Source: Anaerolineae bacterium
GTDB lineage: Bacteria; Chloroflexota; Anaerolineae; B4-G1; SLSP01
Length of the DNA: 59,296 bases
Reading direction: 5' to 3'
NCBI GenBank assembly: GCA_049975385.1
Contig: JBNGDO010000005.1
Coordinates: forward strand, 1-59,296
Shown here: one piece after another, positions 25,610-34,512 of the stretch
Layout of the letters: every line of letters begins with the position of its first letter
Position numbering within the stretch: position 1 is the first letter of the stretch
Position numbers and translations under genes: made by a program
The notes under the pieces: generated by a model
What the model was told of the DNA's origin: nothing
Seen by the model: only the letters and a program-made list of their open reading frames with translations
Databases searched by the model: none

Positions 25610-25641
25610 CTATTGACAATTTGTTAATAGTGATGTAAAAT
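25610..25641 (+). promoter_or_regulatory. near-consensus promoter with overlapping 21-bp palindromic site (putative PadR::NifX operator)
   Basis: TTGACA (25613-25618), 17-nt spacer, TAAAAT (25636-25641). CTATTGACAATTTGTTAATAG (25610-25630) matches 17/21 positions of the site at 52448-52468. Confidence 0.6.
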
Positions 25642-25683
25642 GGAGACAGAACACGAGATTAAGGCAGAAAGGGGGTGAATGGA

Positions 25684-25908
25684 ATGCCGAGATTTGATGG
25701 AACTGGTCCACGTGGTGCGGGCGCAATGACCGGACGTGGTGAAGGCTATTGCGCGGTTGCCTATCCAAAAGGCAGCCGGCCGTATGGCTACGCCGGGATT
25801 CAGGGAAGGCCCATAGGTGGCTTTGGATTCATGCGTCGATTCAGTCCCCTCCGCCGTTTTGGGCGTGGTGTCCGTGGCGGTAGACGGGGACGACGGGCGC
25901 GCTGGTAA
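25684..25908 (+). CDS. DUF5320-family Gly/Arg-rich small protein
   Basis: MPRFDGTGPRGAGAMTGRGEGYC N-terminus is typical of DUF5320. Arg/Gly-rich tail. Confidence 0.7.
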   Translation: MPRFDGTGPRGAGAMTGRGEGYCAVAYPKGSRPYGYAGIQGRPIGGFGFMRRFSPLRRFGRGVRGGRRGRRARW

Positions 25909-26038
25909 AAGAGGAGTTCCCATGTGGAATTCCACGTCAATGAGGATGAAAATCTTTCGCAATGTGTCACCCCGAGCGGGCGCCAACTGCGATGGCGCGC
26001 GAGGAATGACACAATATAGCTATCTACTTAGGAGGTGA

Positions 26039-26347
26039 ATGATGCCAGGTGGAGATCGAACCGGACCGCAAGGCATGGGACCGCGCACGGGGCGCGGACT
26101 AGGCGATTGCGCTCCTACAGATCAACCGCGTCTGGGCTTCGGCTACGGCGGCTTCGGCTTTGGCCGTGGGCGTGGTTGGCGTAACTGGGCGCGTGCAACC
26201 GGGTTGCCCCGGTGGCTCCGTTTCGGAGGATGGGGAACAGCCCCATCACCGGCTGATGAGTCCGCGATGCTCAAGGCGCAAGCCGATCAATTACAGGCGC
26301 AGTTGGATGCCGTGCAACAACGGCTGGCAGAACTGAGCAACGAGTGA
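26039..26347 (+). CDS. DUF5320-family small protein with C-terminal coiled coil
   Basis: MMPGGDRTGPQGMGPRTGRGLGDC, a GFGYGGFGFGRGRG stretch, and the C-terminal heptad-like LKAQADQLQAQLDAVQQRLAEL. AGGAGG lies upstream. Confidence 0.75.
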   Translation: MMPGGDRTGPQGMGPRTGRGLGDCAPTDQPRLGFGYGGFGFGRGRGWRNWARATGLPRWLRFGGWGTAPSPADESAMLKAQADQLQAQLDAVQQRLAELSNE

Positions 26348-26351
26348 ACGT

Positions 26352-26444
26352 CTTCACCCAGTGAGGGCCTTCACTCCGTAAAGGCTTTCACTGGGTGAAG
26401 TTCTTTAATCCTGCCGCCGACCCTGATGTTACCAGGGTCGGCGG
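26352..26444 (+). terminator. tandem hairpins after the DUF5320 genes
   Basis: CTTCACCCAGTGA / TCACTGGGTGAAG (26352-26400) followed by TTCTTT. CCGCCGACCCTG / CAGGGTCGGCGG (26414-26444). Confidence 0.6.
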
Positions 26445-26646
26445 TATTGCTTGTCGGGGTGGCGAATACGACGGGTGTGTTCACTTTTTGGGCAAAGCGG
26501 GTGTCGCGCGCACTCCCTGGCTGGTAAATTAGCCTAACGCCCACGATTGGGCGGCGTGAAATACACCCAACCCTACATCGCATGCGGCAATTTGCTCATT
26601 CCAAGGTATAATTAACGGATATTCGATCTCAGAGGCTATACTATAC

Positions 26647-27804
26647 ATGAAAACACGGTTCTACTACAATTTACTCTTGGGTTTGTGTTTGTTGGGCAGT
26701 TTGCTGGCGTCGCCGGTCACTGCTGATACGCCAATTGTTCATGCAGTGATATTCTACTCGACGTCGTGCGGGCATTGCCATCAGGTGATCACGGAAGTGT
26801 TGCCGCCCCTGCTGGAAGAATACGGCGATCAACTCGTCATCGTCGGCGTTAATGTCGCTGACGCTGGGGGGCAAGCGTTGTACCAGGCCGCAATTACACA
26901 GTTCGCGATCCCTCAAGAACGTCTGGGGGTGCCCACCCTCATTATTGGGGATCATGTGCTGGTTGGTTCCCTTGAGATTCCCGAACAACTGCCTGGACTG
27001 ATCGAGGACTATCTGGCAGATGGGGGCAGGGATTGGCCGGCCATCCCTGGTCTGGTGGAGGGGCTGGAGGCGAGCGCCGCCACGCCTGAACCGGAGACAC
27101 CATCGCCACAACCTACGACTGTGGTCGAAGCAACGCCCGCAACCGAAGCGACAGCGGCCCCCATTGGACCAGCGGCTCCCACCGCGACGGCGGATCCGGT
27201 CATACCTGGTATCGACACCGATGACGACAACTGGTTTACCCTATACGCCCGTGATCCTTTGGGCAATAGCATCTCCGTTCTGGTGTTGATTGGGATGCTC
27301 ATTAGCGTTCTCTATCAGGCTATGGCACTGGCTCACGAACCCCGTGAAGCTGCATTACATCGCTGGCAATGGGCCATCCCACCGCTGGTCGTAGTGGGGT
27401 TAATCGTGGCAGGATATCTGGCTTACGTGGAGACGCAGCAAGTCACTGCCGTCTGCGGGCCGGTGGGCGATTGCAATGCCGTGCAACAGAGCGAGTTTGC
27501 GCTGCTTTTTGGCTTCTTGCACATCGCTGTCCTTGGGGTGATTGGGTACGTCGGCATCGGCGTAGCCTGGGCTGTGGCGCGCTTTGGATCTGGCCTGTGG
27601 GTGCACCTGGCGAAGCTGGCATTGGTCGGCATGGCCTGGTTCGGCGTGCTCTTCTCCATTTATCTGACCTTTTTGGAGCCATTCGTCATCGGTGCGACGT
27701 GCGCTTGGTGTCTCACCTCGGCGGTGCTGATGACGCTGTTGTTTTGGGTGATTGCTCCGCTCGCGCGCCCAGCCTTGGCTGCGGTGCGTGCATCACGTGA
27801 CTAA
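26647..27804 (+). CDS. thioredoxin-like domain fused to a VKOR (vitamin K epoxide reductase) membrane domain
   Basis: Signal peptide and CGHC Trx motif at the N-terminus. C-terminal polytopic part has the AVCGPVGDC loop Cys pair and CAWC. Confidence 0.75.
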   Translation: MKTRFYYNLLLGLCLLGSLLASPVTADTPIVHAVIFYSTSCGHCHQVITEVLPPLLEEYGDQLVIVGVNVADAGGQALYQAAITQFAIPQERLGVPTLIIGDHVLVGSLEIPEQLPGLIEDYLADGGRDWPAIPGLVEGLEASAATPEPETPSPQPTTVVEATPATEATAAPIGPAAPTATADPVIPGIDTDDDNWFTLYARDPLGNSISVLVLIGMLISVLYQAMALAHEPREAALHRWQWAIPPLVVVGLIVAGYLAYVETQQVTAVCGPVGDCNAVQQSEFALLFGFLHIAVLGVIGYVGIGVAWAVARFGSGLWVHLAKLALVGMAWFGVLFSIYLTFLEPFVIGATCAWCLTSAVLMTLLFWVIAPLARPALAAVRASRD

Positions 27805-27840
27805 TCTCAACATGCAACCATCATTCGCAAGGAGCACGCA

Positions 27841-28218
27841 ATGACACGCTTACCCGACATCGTCAGTCAAGCCTGGGAGCAACGTGAAGGCCCCGTCGTG
27901 CTGACCACTGTGGACCGTGAGGGCACACCAAACGCGATTTATGCCACCTGTGTGAGCAAATTCAGCGAAGATACCCTGGTGGTTGCCGACAACTTCTTCA
28001 ACAAGACCCGCGCGAATATTCTGGCAGGCAGTAAAGCTTCGCTCCTGTTTATCACCAAAGAGGGCAAAGCTTACCAGGTGAAAGGCCACCTGGAATATCA
28101 CACCGAAGGGCCGGTGTTTGACGCTATGAAGCAATGGAATCCGGCGAAACTGCCGGGTCACGCGGCTGCGGCTTTGAAAGTGGAGCACATCTTTTCTGGA
28201 GGCGAACAACTAGCCTGA
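27841..28218 (+). CDS. pyridoxamine 5'-phosphate oxidase-like FMN-binding split-barrel protein
   Basis: 125 aa with a PNPOx-like pattern (VVLTTVDREGTPNAIY...). Confidence 0.7.
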   Translation: MTRLPDIVSQAWEQREGPVVLTTVDREGTPNAIYATCVSKFSEDTLVVADNFFNKTRANILAGSKASLLFITKEGKAYQVKGHLEYHTEGPVFDAMKQWNPAKLPGHAAAALKVEHIFSGGEQLA

Positions 28219-28265
28219 GTCCTGTGTCTTGCACGAGGTCGTTCGCTGAATGTATTCGTGAGAGC

Positions 28266-28296
28266 AAGCCCTGGGATATTTCCCCGGGGCTTTTTT
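28266..28296 (+). terminator. intrinsic terminator
   Basis: AAGCCCTGGG / CCCCGGGGCTT stem (one G-U pair) followed by a T6 run. Confidence 0.65.
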
Positions 28297-28462
28297 GTTA
28301 AGTGGCTTCAAAGACTGCCCTGCAAAGAGTCAGAGAAATGGAAGCAGGCGCTTGCCTGCGACCATTCACCCCCCAAATTTGACCGTTCACCGGAAAATCG
28401 TTGCCTCTGATGCCTCTCTTTTGCTATCATAGGATCATACGACACTGAAAGAGAGGTGCAAA

Positions 28463-28981
28463 ATGAAGCGCTTTCGAAAATTCATCTACAACCTGCATCC
28501 GTATGCCCTGAGCTGCATCGCCGGATCGTTGACAATTGCCCAGATCGTTTTGGTCTTTGTCATCCAGCAACCCCGCAACGAGGTGTTGCGCCAGATCGGC
28601 TTGATTCTGTGGTGGGCCGGAGCCGTTTTTGGTTGGGTGCCGATTTTTACGTTCCGCGGGAGGGGCGGCGTGGCCAAAGGGAAAAGCTACGTCCACACTA
28701 CGCGGTTAGTGGATACCGGCATCTACGCCATCGTCCGCCACCCGCAGATGGGCACTGCCTGGCTGCTGATGTGCGCTAGTTTGATACTCGTCACCCAGCA
28801 TTGGATCAGCGTTGCGCTGGGCATCCCGGCAATGGCGCTGACCTACGTGGACCTGCTGAAAGCCGACCAGCGCCTCGTCGAAAAGTTCGGCGACGCGTAC
28901 CGGCAATACATGGAGCGCGTGCCACGGGTGAATTTCGTGGCAGGTATCATCCAATTGGCGCGGCATAGGATGGTAAGATAA
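28463..28981 (+). CDS. ICMT/PEMT-like membrane methyltransferase family protein
   Basis: GIYAIVRHPQMG motif and several TM segments. Confidence 0.65.
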   Translation: MKRFRKFIYNLHPYALSCIAGSLTIAQIVLVFVIQQPRNEVLRQIGLILWWAGAVFGWVPIFTFRGRGGVAKGKSYVHTTRLVDTGIYAIVRHPQMGTAWLLMCASLILVTQHWISVALGIPAMALTYVDLLKADQRLVEKFGDAYRQYMERVPRVNFVAGIIQLARHRMVR

Positions 28982-28983
28982 CG

Positions 28984-29718
28984 ATGCGTGCAAAATCCTT
29001 GCGTTGGTTCGCCTGGTCGCCGACTGGCGACACACTCGTGGCGATGGTCACAGAGCTTGCAATGATCGTGCTTTATTGGACCGCCACCCACCTGCTAGAC
29101 AATGACTGGACCGCCGTACTGGTCTTTGGCTTGCTGACCAACCTGGGCCTCAATGTGCTTTTCCCGGTGTGGTGGATCGTCTACCATCGTAAACAGCCGT
29201 TGAGCGAGTTAGGCATCACCACACGCCACTGGCTTGCCAGCCTGCTCATCAGCGTTGGTCTTGCAGTTTTTAGCTCGTTCGGGCTGCGGCAATACGTGAC
29301 CAGCGTCCATTGGCTGTCCCACGTGCTCTTCAACGCCGTCATCCTGTGGGAACCCTTCTTCGTCTTCAGTTGGCTGCAACTGCGCTATGACCGCGCCTTT
29401 GGCATTTTGCCGGGGGTGTTGCTGACAGGCTTGAGCTTTGCCGCATACCACATCGGCACCTACCCGCCCGCCGGACTGGTCACACTGTTGATCTCGGGAC
29501 TTTTCTTCGCCGCCATCTTCCGCTTGACCTCAAACCTGTTGATCCTGTGGCCGCTGGCCTGGTGTGTGGGATCTTCGATCGGCACCTTGATGGGCGGCAT
29601 GCAGTTCCCCTGGAACCAGGTCGCGGCCTGGTCGGCTATTCTGCTGATCCAGTTGGCCTTCATCGGCTACACCTGGAGGCATCAGATACTAGAAGAGAGA
29701 ACAAAAACTGGAGATTGA
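28984..29718 (+). CDS. polytopic membrane protein, possibly CPBP/Abi-like
   Basis: 7-8 predicted TM segments. WEPFFVFSWLQLR and FAAYH are weakly CPBP-like. Confidence 0.35.
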   Translation: MRAKSLRWFAWSPTGDTLVAMVTELAMIVLYWTATHLLDNDWTAVLVFGLLTNLGLNVLFPVWWIVYHRKQPLSELGITTRHWLASLLISVGLAVFSSFGLRQYVTSVHWLSHVLFNAVILWEPFFVFSWLQLRYDRAFGILPGVLLTGLSFAAYHIGTYPPAGLVTLLISGLFFAAIFRLTSNLLILWPLAWCVGSSIGTLMGGMQFPWNQVAAWSAILLIQLAFIGYTWRHQILEERTKTGD

Positions 29719-29722
29719 TCAA

Positions 29723-30335
29723 ATGGATACAGTAGCTTTTTGGGATCACGTCGCCGCGTACAACGTGGCAACATGGCCGATACAGACCCTCATGGTGGTA
29801 GCAGCCGTCTATCTGACATATCGCGTGTTTGCCAAACCTAGTTCCAAGACAGATGTCTGGATGAAGGCGTTCCTCGCCTTCTGCTTTGCCTGGAATGGCA
29901 TCATATTTTTCCTGATCTTCGTCAGGAACCCGATTTCGATGTTTACCGGTGTGCCGCTGTTCCTCGTCGTCTCCGTCCTGTTTATCGTGGACATCTTCGC
30001 CAATAAGACGCATTTCAAGTTACCTGAAGGTAAGTGGATGAGAGGGTTCACCCTTGTCTGGATTGCGCTGACGGCCCTGTTATCCCTTGCTTGGATGGCC
30101 CCTGGGACACACGTGGCCCCGGGTCTTGTTGCCGCTGTTCCCCTGCCCGCTCACCGTATTCGCCATTGCCCTGGTTGCTGCGGCAGTGCCCAACGTGGAT
30201 AAAAAGGTCTTCATCGCCCTGCTGCCGTGGGCGTTGCTGGGCCTGCCCAAATGCTTCGGCGCGCTCGACTGTTACGAGGATTGTGTCCTCTTTGCTAGCG
30301 GCGTTTACGGGCTGGTCGTGCTGATTAGAAATTGA
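29723..30335 (+). pseudogene. conserved membrane protein (DUF6064-like) split by a 1-nt insertion near 30080-30081
   Basis: ORF 29723..30202 reads ...VWIALTAL. ORF 30087..30335 reads LLGWPLGHTWPRVLLPLFPCPLTVFAI.... Deleting one T of TT (30080-30081) gives ...ALTALYPLLGWPLGH.... Confidence 0.6.
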
Positions 30336-30385
30336 CGGTCAATCGAATGACAACCTCAATGTACTTGGACAAAGGTACTGAAAAT

Positions 30386-30414
30386 TTGACACTGTGAACA
30401 CTGTTGATTATGAT
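30386..30414 (+). promoter_or_regulatory. candidate promoter of the lytS-like operon
   Basis: TTGACA (30386-30391), 17-nt spacer, TATGAT (30409-30414), in an AT-rich spacer. Confidence 0.45.
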
Positions 30415-30472
30415 GAGTATATTACTGATCCGTACGTATGAAACTAAACTATCTCGGCTTTCTTGAAAGCGT

Positions 30473-31567
30473 ATGGATGTTTCAAAAGCTATGTTTGGAT
30501 CAGTTAGGAAAGGACAGGCGATGGCCGAGCAGCAAACGAGCGGGCGTAGACGAACCATAGTGAGTTACCTGGTATGGATTGTGATTCCGGGCCTCTTGTT
30601 CGGGGCGGGTGTCGCCTTCGCTACGCGGCGTTATGTGGTCTCACTGATCACTGGATTGGCCATGGGCAGCGCCATCGAAGTCGCTGACTTGCTTGATATC
30701 GTCTTCCTTCAACCTCGCCTGAAACACCTAGCCTACGACTGGCTGCGGTTCGGGCTAGGGATCGTTTTTGCATTGCTGGGGCACGTCGGTGGCGCCGGGC
30801 TGGCGCTGCTTGCCTGCAGTTGGTTGTTTCGCTTTTCCATCTGGGATAGCAGGATGTGGTGGCCCGTGATTGGTATGGTGGTGGGGTTCCCAATCATCCA
30901 CGGCACCGAGAGCGCCTTGCGCTTCTACCGTCAATTGAAGGAAAGAGAGCGGTTGGAAGAGCGCTTGCGCCTTATGGCGACGGAGGCCGAGCTCAAGGCG
31001 CTCAAAGCCCAGATCAACCCTCACTTCTTTTTTAATACGCTCAACACCATCGCCGCACTGATCCCCACCGATCCGGCGCTGGCCGAGACCTCGGTCGAGC
31101 GGCTGGCGCAGATGTTCCGCTATGCCCTGAACGGCAGTGAGCGCGGTCAGGTACCGCTGGCGGAAGAACTGGCATTTGTGGACGATTACCTCGAGATCGA
31201 ACGTGCCCGCTTTGGCGAAAGGATGCAGATCATCCGCGAGATTGATTCGCGCGCGTTATCGACGCCCGTGCCCAGCCTCATCCTACAGCCGCTGGTCGAG
31301 AACGTGGTCAAACACGGCCATGACGATGATGGTCGCATTGCTCTCGACATTCGGGTCGAGGCGGTTGGTAGCGAGGTAACCATGGCTATAAGCGATAAAG
31401 GACCGGGAATGCCAACAGGTTTCCAGGTCGGCAATGGCCCTGGCTACGGCTTGCGCAATGTAGATGAGCGATTACGTAAAACCTACGGGCGTGGGCTGGA
31501 TATCCGGGAGAACACACCACACGGCACTACCGTGATCATCAAGATGCCAGCGCAGGGGGATTCGTGA
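30473..31567 (+). CDS. LytS/YehU-type sensor histidine kinase
   Basis: AELKALKAQINPHFFFNTLNTI (His_kinase LytS-type H box), C-terminal HATPase, N-terminal TM segments. Start at 30473 or 30521. Confidence 0.8.
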   Translation: MDVSKAMFGSVRKGQAMAEQQTSGRRRTIVSYLVWIVIPGLLFGAGVAFATRRYVVSLITGLAMGSAIEVADLLDIVFLQPRLKHLAYDWLRFGLGIVFALLGHVGGAGLALLACSWLFRFSIWDSRMWWPVIGMVVGFPIIHGTESALRFYRQLKERERLEERLRLMATEAELKALKAQINPHFFFNTLNTIAALIPTDPALAETSVERLAQMFRYALNGSERGQVPLAEELAFVDDYLEIERARFGERMQIIREIDSRALSTPVPSLILQPLVENVVKHGHDDDGRIALDIRVEAVGSEVTMAISDKGPGMPTGFQVGNGPGYGLRNVDERLRKTYGRGLDIRENTPHGTTVIIKMPAQGDS

Positions 31568-31893
31568 ACAAGAAGCGACGATCCCCACTGACTTGGGCCG
31601 TCCTGTGCATATTGGGAGCACTGGTGGCGACAAATGTGACATTTCTGATTCTAGTACGCACGGGCGGACCGCTCATCGGTCTTGTGTTTTACCTGGCCTT
31701 GCTAATCGTTGTATGGCGCAAACGGCAACTTGATTACCGTCCAGTGGTAGTGGGAGGACTTGTGGGATTAGTCGTACACATAGTGGAAGTGACCCTCGTG
31801 GGCTGGGCAACCTATCCACTGCTTATGGTACTAAATCTGATCTTGCCGGCAATCCTCGTGCCGGCGGCCTGGCTGGCCGGCCGGGAGGTGTAA
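31564..31893 (+). CDS. small three-TM membrane protein
   Basis: GTGA overlap with the kinase stop. Hydrophobic 109-aa product. Confidence 0.5.
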   Translation: MNKKRRSPLTWAVLCILGALVATNVTFLILVRTGGPLIGLVFYLALLIVVWRKRQLDYRPVVVGGLVGLVVHIVEVTLVGWATYPLLMVLNLILPAILVPAAWLAGREV

Positions 31894-31894
31894 A

Positions 31895-32638
31895 TTGCGT
31901 ATCCTGATTGTTGACGATGAAGCTCCAGCCAGAGAGAGATTGAAGCGCCTCCTGGCCGACATCGAGGGCATGGAACTCATCGGTGAAGCGGTGGACGGTC
32001 CTCAGGGGGTGGAACTGATCGAGCAGGAGCAGCCCGACCTAGTGCTCCTCGACATCCAGATGCCGGGACTGGATGGTTTTGCTGTGATCGAGGCGTTGGC
32101 AGAGCCGCCGCCGATCGTGTTTGTCACCGCCTACGATGAGTACGCCATCCGTGCCTTTGAGGTCAACGCGTTGGATTATCTCCTCAAACCCTTCAGCAAA
32201 AAGCGGCTGGAAAAGGCCATTCGCCGCGCCCAGAAAGCGCAGGATGAGGAGCGGTATTTTGCGTCGCGGCTTGCGCCATTGCTGGAGAGCCTGGCTTCTC
32301 AGGGACATTACCTGACCCGGATGGCCGTACGCGATCGAAACCGCATCCGCGTGCTGAATGCAGACGAGGTGGACTGGATCGGCGTCAAAAACGAACAGAC
32401 TGTTGTGCATGCCGAAGGCGCAGCCTATCCCATTCAACGAACCTTGACCGATTTGGAGGCACGACTCGATCCGGCCTGCTTCTTCCGCGCGCATCGCTCC
32501 ATCATCGTTAACCTCGACCGGGTAGAGGAAATCATCCCCTGGTTCAAGGGCGGTCACAAACTGCGCCTGACCACTGGCGAGGAGGTCGACCTGAGCCGGG
32601 CGCAGGCGCGGGCGCTGCGCAAGATACTGGGATGGTAG
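31895..32638 (+). CDS. LytR/AlgR-family response regulator (REC + LytTR)
   Basis: (L)RILIVDDE, DLVLLDIQMPGLDG, and a C-terminal LytTR-like FFRAHRSIIVNL. Confidence 0.85.
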   Translation: MRILIVDDEAPARERLKRLLADIEGMELIGEAVDGPQGVELIEQEQPDLVLLDIQMPGLDGFAVIEALAEPPPIVFVTAYDEYAIRAFEVNALDYLLKPFSKKRLEKAIRRAQKAQDEERYFASRLAPLLESLASQGHYLTRMAVRDRNRIRVLNADEVDWIGVKNEQTVVHAEGAAYPIQRTLTDLEARLDPACFFRAHRSIIVNLDRVEEIIPWFKGGHKLRLTTGEEVDLSRAQARALRKILGW

Positions 32639-32685
32639 CTTGCGGTTATGCGTGCTCTTTCGGGCAAGAAAGGTGAAACAGCGAT

Positions 32686-33231
32686 ATGCAATTCTCGCTG
32701 AAGCGTGTCCTCGTTGATGGCACCATCATGAACTTGCTGCTCACGGTGATCACGTACGGGTCCATCTACATCAATCCGCTGTTTTGGGTCAGTGACTATC
32801 CTCCGGACATCCAGGACGCAGTGGGTGCCGTCGACATCCCTATCGGCCAGAAACTCATCGTGAGTGGACTCTATCTTTGCATTGTCGTCGGCGTGCCCCT
32901 CTACTCAAACGTCAGGTTGAGGCGGCAAAATAACGGGAAACTGTCTTTCCTGGCAGCTTTTACCAACAGCGCGCTGCTCGCGTTCTTCTTTGCTGTGTGG
33001 GATCTGCTGATCCTCGATTGGCTCATCTTTGTTACCATCCAACCGGACTTCATCGTGATCCCAGGCACAGAGGGGCTAGCAGGTTACAGGGATTACTGGT
33101 TCCACTTCAAGGTGAGCTTCCTGGGATGGACACAGTGGATCGCTATCCTCCTCGCTGGCCTGGTCCTGGGAAGACTTTCGATGATCCGGCTGGGAGGTAA
33201 GCAGCGATCCGAGATAACGAATAAGACGTAG
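32686..33231 (+). CDS. membrane protein of unknown function
   Basis: 181-aa ORF with 4-5 hydrophobic segments. Co-directional with the LytS/LytTR pair. Confidence 0.5.
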   Translation: MQFSLKRVLVDGTIMNLLLTVITYGSIYINPLFWVSDYPPDIQDAVGAVDIPIGQKLIVSGLYLCIVVGVPLYSNVRLRRQNNGKLSFLAAFTNSALLAFFFAVWDLLILDWLIFVTIQPDFIVIPGTEGLAGYRDYWFHFKVSFLGWTQWIAILLAGLVLGRLSMIRLGGKQRSEITNKT

Positions 33232-33429
33232 TACTTCAGGGGCAGGGCCAAGCTGCTCTGGGATTGCCAGCGCTGATGATAGCCAACAGAGATATGTCCA
33301 CCGAGCCGTTCATCAGCGCATGGACGGCTACCACGATGAGTATATCCCTCAATTCTGAAAGCACCTAAGATTGTTCATGGGCTGGAAACCAAGGCGGTTC
33401 CAGATAACATAGAAGCCAGATGGCTGAAT

Positions 33430-34512
33430 ATGAAAACAGTAAACAGCGGGCAAGGTAGAAAGAGCAGTATGAAATTCATAAAGGAAAAACTTCCACATCT
33501 TCTCGGAGGATTCGCCTCCATCCTCATGATTTTCTTTACCACGTTTTGGACTTATTGGGGCGCTGCCGAAATGTATCACGAGGGCTGGTGGGGCGCGTGG
33601 TACAACCGGTTACCCTATTTAGTGCCAATCGCGGTTACGCTGATTCCCACGCTGGTGACCTTCAGATGGCCTGTTGTGGGTGGCGTTCTGATCATAGGCA
33701 TCGGCACATTCGCGCTTTTCTTTTTCGGCAACGACGTCGCATTTATCGGTCTCGCTATTGCGCTTGTGGGACTTGTTTTCCTGGTGGATGGCCTGGTCAA
33801 GCGGCGGGACGTCCCAGCAGAGACACCTTCTCCGGCCCCCTGGTGGCGCCGTCACTGGCGCTATCTGTTGGCGGTAGGAGCGCCCCTGCTCGTATTTGCG
33901 GGGATATCCGCCCGTATGCTGCCCATCGTTCTCACTCGCGTGGACGATGGCTACCGCGGAGCGCGACTGGTCGAGGGCAACGATGTCACCCTCGTTTGGG
34001 CTCCGGAAGGGCCGGGATGGAACTGGCAGCAGCCCTGGGGTGGTTATCCCTCCTGGCAAGGCATCGCTCTGTACGGCGTGCCCCCGGTAGGTATGGAAGA
34101 TAAAGCCGGCTACGGGCGACAAGGCGATACGACAGTCTTTGCTACCGCCGCGGATATGGCGCAAACCAACCTCTGCCGTTACTTAAGCGTGGATGGTACC
34201 ATTCTCATGGACGAGCCGCAGGATATCTGGCGTATGCCCACCACCGACGAAGTCGTCCGGTCCCTGACCCGGCACGGTGAGAACGCCGGTTGCGCATGGC
34301 AGGGAGAATTCCGCAAACAGGCGCAGTGCACTCTGTTGCCCGACAAAGAATCGCCGCTATGGTCCACCGACCATGCGGTCATCTACTACTGGACGGCCGA
34401 TTCTTACAATGAGAGTTGGGGATACTTCGTCGCCTTCAGCGGAATGGTCAACGCGACCTATAAATTGGGGGGAAACCCTCGCCACAGCTATCGCTGTGTC
34501 AGAGAGCCGTAA
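33430..34512 (+). CDS. membrane-anchored protein with DUF1566 (Lcl C-terminal)-like domain
   Basis: N-terminal TM segments. WRMPTTDEVVRSL resembles the WRLPT..EL signature of DUF1566. Confidence 0.5.
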   Translation: MKTVNSGQGRKSSMKFIKEKLPHLLGGFASILMIFFTTFWTYWGAAEMYHEGWWGAWYNRLPYLVPIAVTLIPTLVTFRWPVVGGVLIIGIGTFALFFFGNDVAFIGLAIALVGLVFLVDGLVKRRDVPAETPSPAPWWRRHWRYLLAVGAPLLVFAGISARMLPIVLTRVDDGYRGARLVEGNDVTLVWAPEGPGWNWQQPWGGYPSWQGIALYGVPPVGMEDKAGYGRQGDTTVFATAADMAQTNLCRYLSVDGTILMDEPQDIWRMPTTDEVVRSLTRHGENAGCAWQGEFRKQAQCTLLPDKESPLWSTDHAVIYYWTADSYNESWGYFVAFSGMVNATYKLGGNPRHSYRCVREP

